Shown here piece after piece: positions 60,431 through 64,000 of a stretch of 64,000 bases of DNA. This DNA comes from Chrysomallon squamiferum. Lineage: Eukaryota; Animalia; Mollusca. The DNA lies in contig CM022674.1 of assembly GCA_012295275.1 (NCBI GenBank), positions 186,001 to 250,000 of the forward strand, in the 5' to 3' direction. The notes below the pieces were generated by a model. That model was not told the DNA's origin. It saw only the letters and a program-made list of their open reading frames with translations, and ran no database searches. The stretch's first letter is position 1. Each line of letters opens with the position of its first letter. Position numbers and translations under genes: made by a program.

Positions 60431-61918
60431 CTATTTTCTCAAAACTGCTCTGACTTTGAACGGCTTCGGCGACTGCGTGAAACCAAGAATCGGCTCCATA
60501 GACGGCAGAGGACTCCCTTCTGGTTTGATGAACTCAAATTTCTGAATCATATTCGAGACGAACAAAAACAATTCCATCCTCGCCAGAGATTCGCCAATAC
60601 AATTTCTTGGACCAAACATGAACGGGATGAGCTCTTCTCTGTTGACCAGGTGTTCATTTTCATCGAGAAAACGTTCCGGTCTGAAATTTTCCGGATCGCC
60701 CCAGATTTCTGGATCTGAGAGAACGGAATCAATTACCGGATAGACAACTGCATTGTTGGGAATTATGTACCCATTCCAGTATGTATCATTCTGAACACCA
60801 CGGAAAATGCTTAAAGGCGCAAGAACAGCGAAACGTAAAGTCTCCAAAATAGTTGCTTCGAGGTAGATTAGTTTTGTTCTGTCTTTGAGTGTTATCAATC
60901 GATCGCATCCAGTTTTCTTCTGAATTTCAGCAAAACATTTCTTCTGTATTTCAGGATAATGCTGAAGATACACAAGCACCCATCGAAGTGTCGTCGCCGT
61001 AGTTTCTGTCCCAGCAATAAAAAGATTCCAAATGGAAAAACGAAGGTTTTCTTTGTTAATGCTACTGTTTATCTCCCCTCGTTTTGCCTTCGCTTTCATT
61101 TCTTTTATGTAAGCACTGATGAAATCTGTAATGTTGTTCTCGTCATACTGGGCCAGGTGTTTTTCTAGTGACTTATCAACTAAATCTTTCAGTATCAAAC
61201 TATTGTTTTTTAGTCTACGAGCTATTCCAAACAGATCTCCAGGAAGATAATAAAGAAATGGAAACAAGGAAAAAACAATGGGTATTGAAGCCGTTTGCTC
61301 CGCTACCTTCATAAACTGAGCAAATTTTGGATCATCAAACTCAAATCGGCTACCATATATTATAGAACAAATGATGTTAGATATAGAAGTACAGATATGT
61401 TGATCCAAATTTGTGGCTTCACCTTTTGTTTTTCTTAACTGTTCAAGAAAAGCGATGACGTCTTCTTGAATTTTTCCTTCTAGAATATTCTTTCCCATTC
61501 CCAAGTGTTTCAAGGTCGTCACTGCAAAATGTCTCTGTTCTTTCCAAACGTCACCGCTAGAGCCTATAATTCCTGTATTTTTGGAAATCAGCTTCACAAT
61601 CAAAATGTCTGGCCTGTTTGTAAAGCGATCGCCATTTTTCACGAAAACGTCTTTCATATTTTTAAACCCATTGACAGCAATGACCAACTGAGTTCCGAAA
61701 TAAACGCTGAAAACGTCGCCGTATTTCTTCCTCAGTTTTCTAAAAGACTTCACGGGGTTCGTGCCCACTTGAAGAAGGTTTCCAAGGACAGGTAGGGTAA
61801 ACCACGGTCCCGGGGGTAGTAGAGCTCTTGGTCGCAAAAAAAAAAATCTAGTTCCTAGTATCATAGCCAAAATTACGAGACCAATTGACCAATTTTCCAG
61901 AAGAACTTCTAAAATCAT
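60431..61918 (-). CDS. Cytochrome P450, clan 2 (CYP2-like), intronless CDS, copy C, 495 aa
   Basis: Same motif set; intact ORF; 5' flank is homologous to that of copy A. Confidence 0.96.
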   Translation of the reverse strand: MILEVLLENWSIGLVILAMILGTRFFFLRPRALLPPGPWFTLPVLGNLLQVGTNPVKSFRKLRKKYGDVFSVYFGTQLVIAVNGFKNMKDVFVKNGDRFTNRPDILIVKLISKNTGIIGSSGDVWKEQRHFAVTTLKHLGMGKNILEGKIQEDVIAFLEQLRKTKGEATNLDQHICTSISNIICSIIYGSRFEFDDPKFAQFMKVAEQTASIPIVFSLFPFLYYLPGDLFGIARRLKNNSLILKDLVDKSLEKHLAQYDENNITDFISAYIKEMKAKAKRGEINSSINKENLRFSIWNLFIAGTETTATTLRWVLVYLQHYPEIQKKCFAEIQKKTGCDRLITLKDRTKLIYLEATILETLRFAVLAPLSIFRGVQNDTYWNGYIIPNNAVVYPVIDSVLSDPEIWGDPENFRPERFLDENEHLVNREELIPFMFGPRNCIGESLARMELFLFVSNMIQKFEFIKPEGSPLPSMEPILGFTQSPKPFKVRAVLRK

Positions 61919-62254
61919 TTTTGCTTTTTCTTCTGAAATTTGTATAGTATATATGAAGAGAATGAGTTTTGTAAAATAGAAACGTTTATAACATAACTGA
62001 AATCAATCTGGTGTTTAATGACTGTGCTCCTGCTTTACATATCAAATAAATTCAGGCTTTCACTAAAATTGTCAAAATTATGTAAATATAATGTACATGA
62101 AGTTCAAAGATATTCCATATAATAAATATGTAATAAATATGTATATACAGATTCATGAACAACTCATCAATTTTAATTCATTCGTTTTTAATGCTGTAGA
62201 GCACGGCATTCTGTCTTCGAAATATTTCATATTTTTTTATTTTATGATACACTC

Positions 62255-62308
<54 letters not shown>

Positions 62309-62848
62309 TATATTGCGTTTGAAACCCAAAGAGAACTGCGAAAAGGAAGATGCAGTGTCTGTTAACGTAAGTATGCATCGAATGTTGTTGAATGTTTAAA
62401 TTACTAGAATTATGTACCAAATGGTTTGCGCTTGGAAAGTATTTGGCGATTACAATTCGCTGGCTTTTGCGACTGGAGAACAACAACGTTTACTGCGTCT
62501 GTAGTAGAGTGTAGAAAATGGGGACGCCATCTTCAAAAGTTTTGTATAAACCTGGCGTACAATAAAATTATTTATTTTGGAGAAAACAAATCCAATTCAC
62601 TATGCCTGTCTGTTTTAGCAGTGGGATAACAACACTGACCGCATTCACCATCAGTAGGTGACCACTGATCTAAAGGACACAAGTGCACTGAAAAATAATA
62701 TGTCCGTACATCGCAGGTGGCCGATTATCTAAGGGGCCGCAAAAGACAGGTATCTCTGTATGTATATGATATCGAACTGAGGCCATTAAGAAATAGGTCA
62801 TTGTTTTTTCTTTGCTTTAAAGAGTTTATCAGTCAACAGTTGTGATAC

Positions 62849-63070
62849 TAGTTGTCAGTGTTTCAGAAAACAGTCAAGTAATTGTAAGAATAATACTTGT
62901 AAGACTTAGTTGTCAGTGTTTCAGAAAACAGTCAAGTAATTGTAAGAATAATACTTGTAAGACATAGTTGTCAGTGTTTCAGAAAACAGTCAAGTAATTG
63001 TAAGAATAATACTTGTAAGAATAATTGTAATACTTGTAAGACTTAGTTGTCAGTGTTTCTGAAAACAGTA
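62849..63070. repeat. 58-bp minisatellite, about 3.5 copies
   Basis: Unit TAGTTGTCAGTGTTTCAGAAAACAGTCAAGTAATTGTAAGAATAATACTTGTAAGACT. Confidence 0.88.
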
Positions 63071-63439
63071 ATTTAAGGTAAGACATGACTCGTGTTTGTA
63101 ATTGTAAGAATAATTGTTGTAAGACGCAGTCTGAGTTGGGCGTGACTCGTCTGCAGTGAAATCACGTGACGTGTGGATCGGCAGAAAGAAGAAGAAAGGA
63201 TTAGCTGGCTCTCTCTCGCTGGTCGGAGCAGGTCAATGTGGTCCTGAGGTTTCATTAAGCTACCATTCTACTGTTATTTTAAAGATGAAATTTTGCACTT
63301 TCGGTGATATATTTTTGAAAGGGGGTTTGTTGCTTGAAAGTAATGTAGATATTTGACATAATTTTTTTTCCTCAAAGTTTTCCAGCATTTTCCTCTGGCA
63401 AAACTTTTATTGGACACAACGAGTGTTTCTGTATGATGA

Positions 63440-63615
63440 AATCTGTTTGCAGGAGGCGAGGTCCTAGAGTTAAATCACACGAGTGCAAAAAGTAGTATTG
63501 GGACGAGTTTGCGATTCACCTCTGTAGAAACAAAACGAGAAGTGGCGGCTTTCCGAAGTCAGTTCAACTGATACAGAAAAGACTTTGAGTACCTACTATT
63601 ATTATTACTACTGCT
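63440..63615 (+). mobile_element. Possible decayed tRNA-derived SINE fragment
   Basis: GCGAGGTCCTAGAGTTAAATCAC resembles a degenerate tRNA T-arm/B-box; the segment ends in CTTTGAGTACCTAC plus a trinucleotide tail like those at 58440 and 58815. Confidence 0.25.
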
Positions 63616-63693
63616 AGAGTTATGAATGGTACAATAAGGCTACTTACTAATATTACAAGTACGTCTTTCATATACTTTCCTCTTAACTTCGTG

Positions 63694-63714
63694 CTCTCTC
63701 TCTCTCTCTCTCTC

Positions 63715-63806
<92 letters not shown>
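63694..63806. repeat. (CT)n microsatellite
   Basis: Directly visible. Confidence 0.95.
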
Positions 63807-63809
<3 letters not shown>

Positions 63810-64000
63810 TGAATCCTAAATTCAGATACCTCGTGAGAAGTGGACGATATAAAACAACAACAAGAACTACACCCAGACACACATCCACGCACACAGTGTC
63901 TTTTTTGAAATGAGGGAAGAAACACTTAATCGCCAATAAACCTGTTTGGTGTCTGATGTCTTTTAAGTCAGTTATGTATTTCATCGAACGATATCGGTAG

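Noticed and set aside
62640-62760. Tc1/mariner-like MITE end (..AGACAGGTATCTCTG|TA); similar fragments near 50590-50610 and 51665-51745
   Set aside because: Only single degenerate ends visible; matching termini could not be defined.

Overview
AT-rich, microsatellite-dense animal genomic DNA, probably an invertebrate/lophotrochozoan (taxon not determinable here). All spliced gene models were rebuilt by hand from GT-AG junctions with consistent exon phases. (1) An ACK/TNK2-family tyrosine kinase on + (8305-22056; SAM-kinase-SH3-CRIB-clathrin box-Mig6 homology-UBA). Its huge last exon carries an apparent double frameshift and a coding 24-nt minisatellite, and there is a candidate upstream in-frame exon. 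(2) A complete mitofusin on - (43966-29559, 758 aa) with a pair of homologous 103-nt exons that can only be used mutually exclusively, plus candidate micro-exons. (3) CENP-S/MHF1 on + (45673-49601), head-to-head with mitofusin, with a decayed Sola2-like DNA transposon in intron 2. (4) Three intronless clan-2 cytochrome P450 genes; the outer two are arms of an inverted duplication and all three are mosaics of one another. Most of the short ORFs supplied are microsatellite artefacts. The mutually exclusive mitofusin exon pair is the best candidate for an undescribed system.
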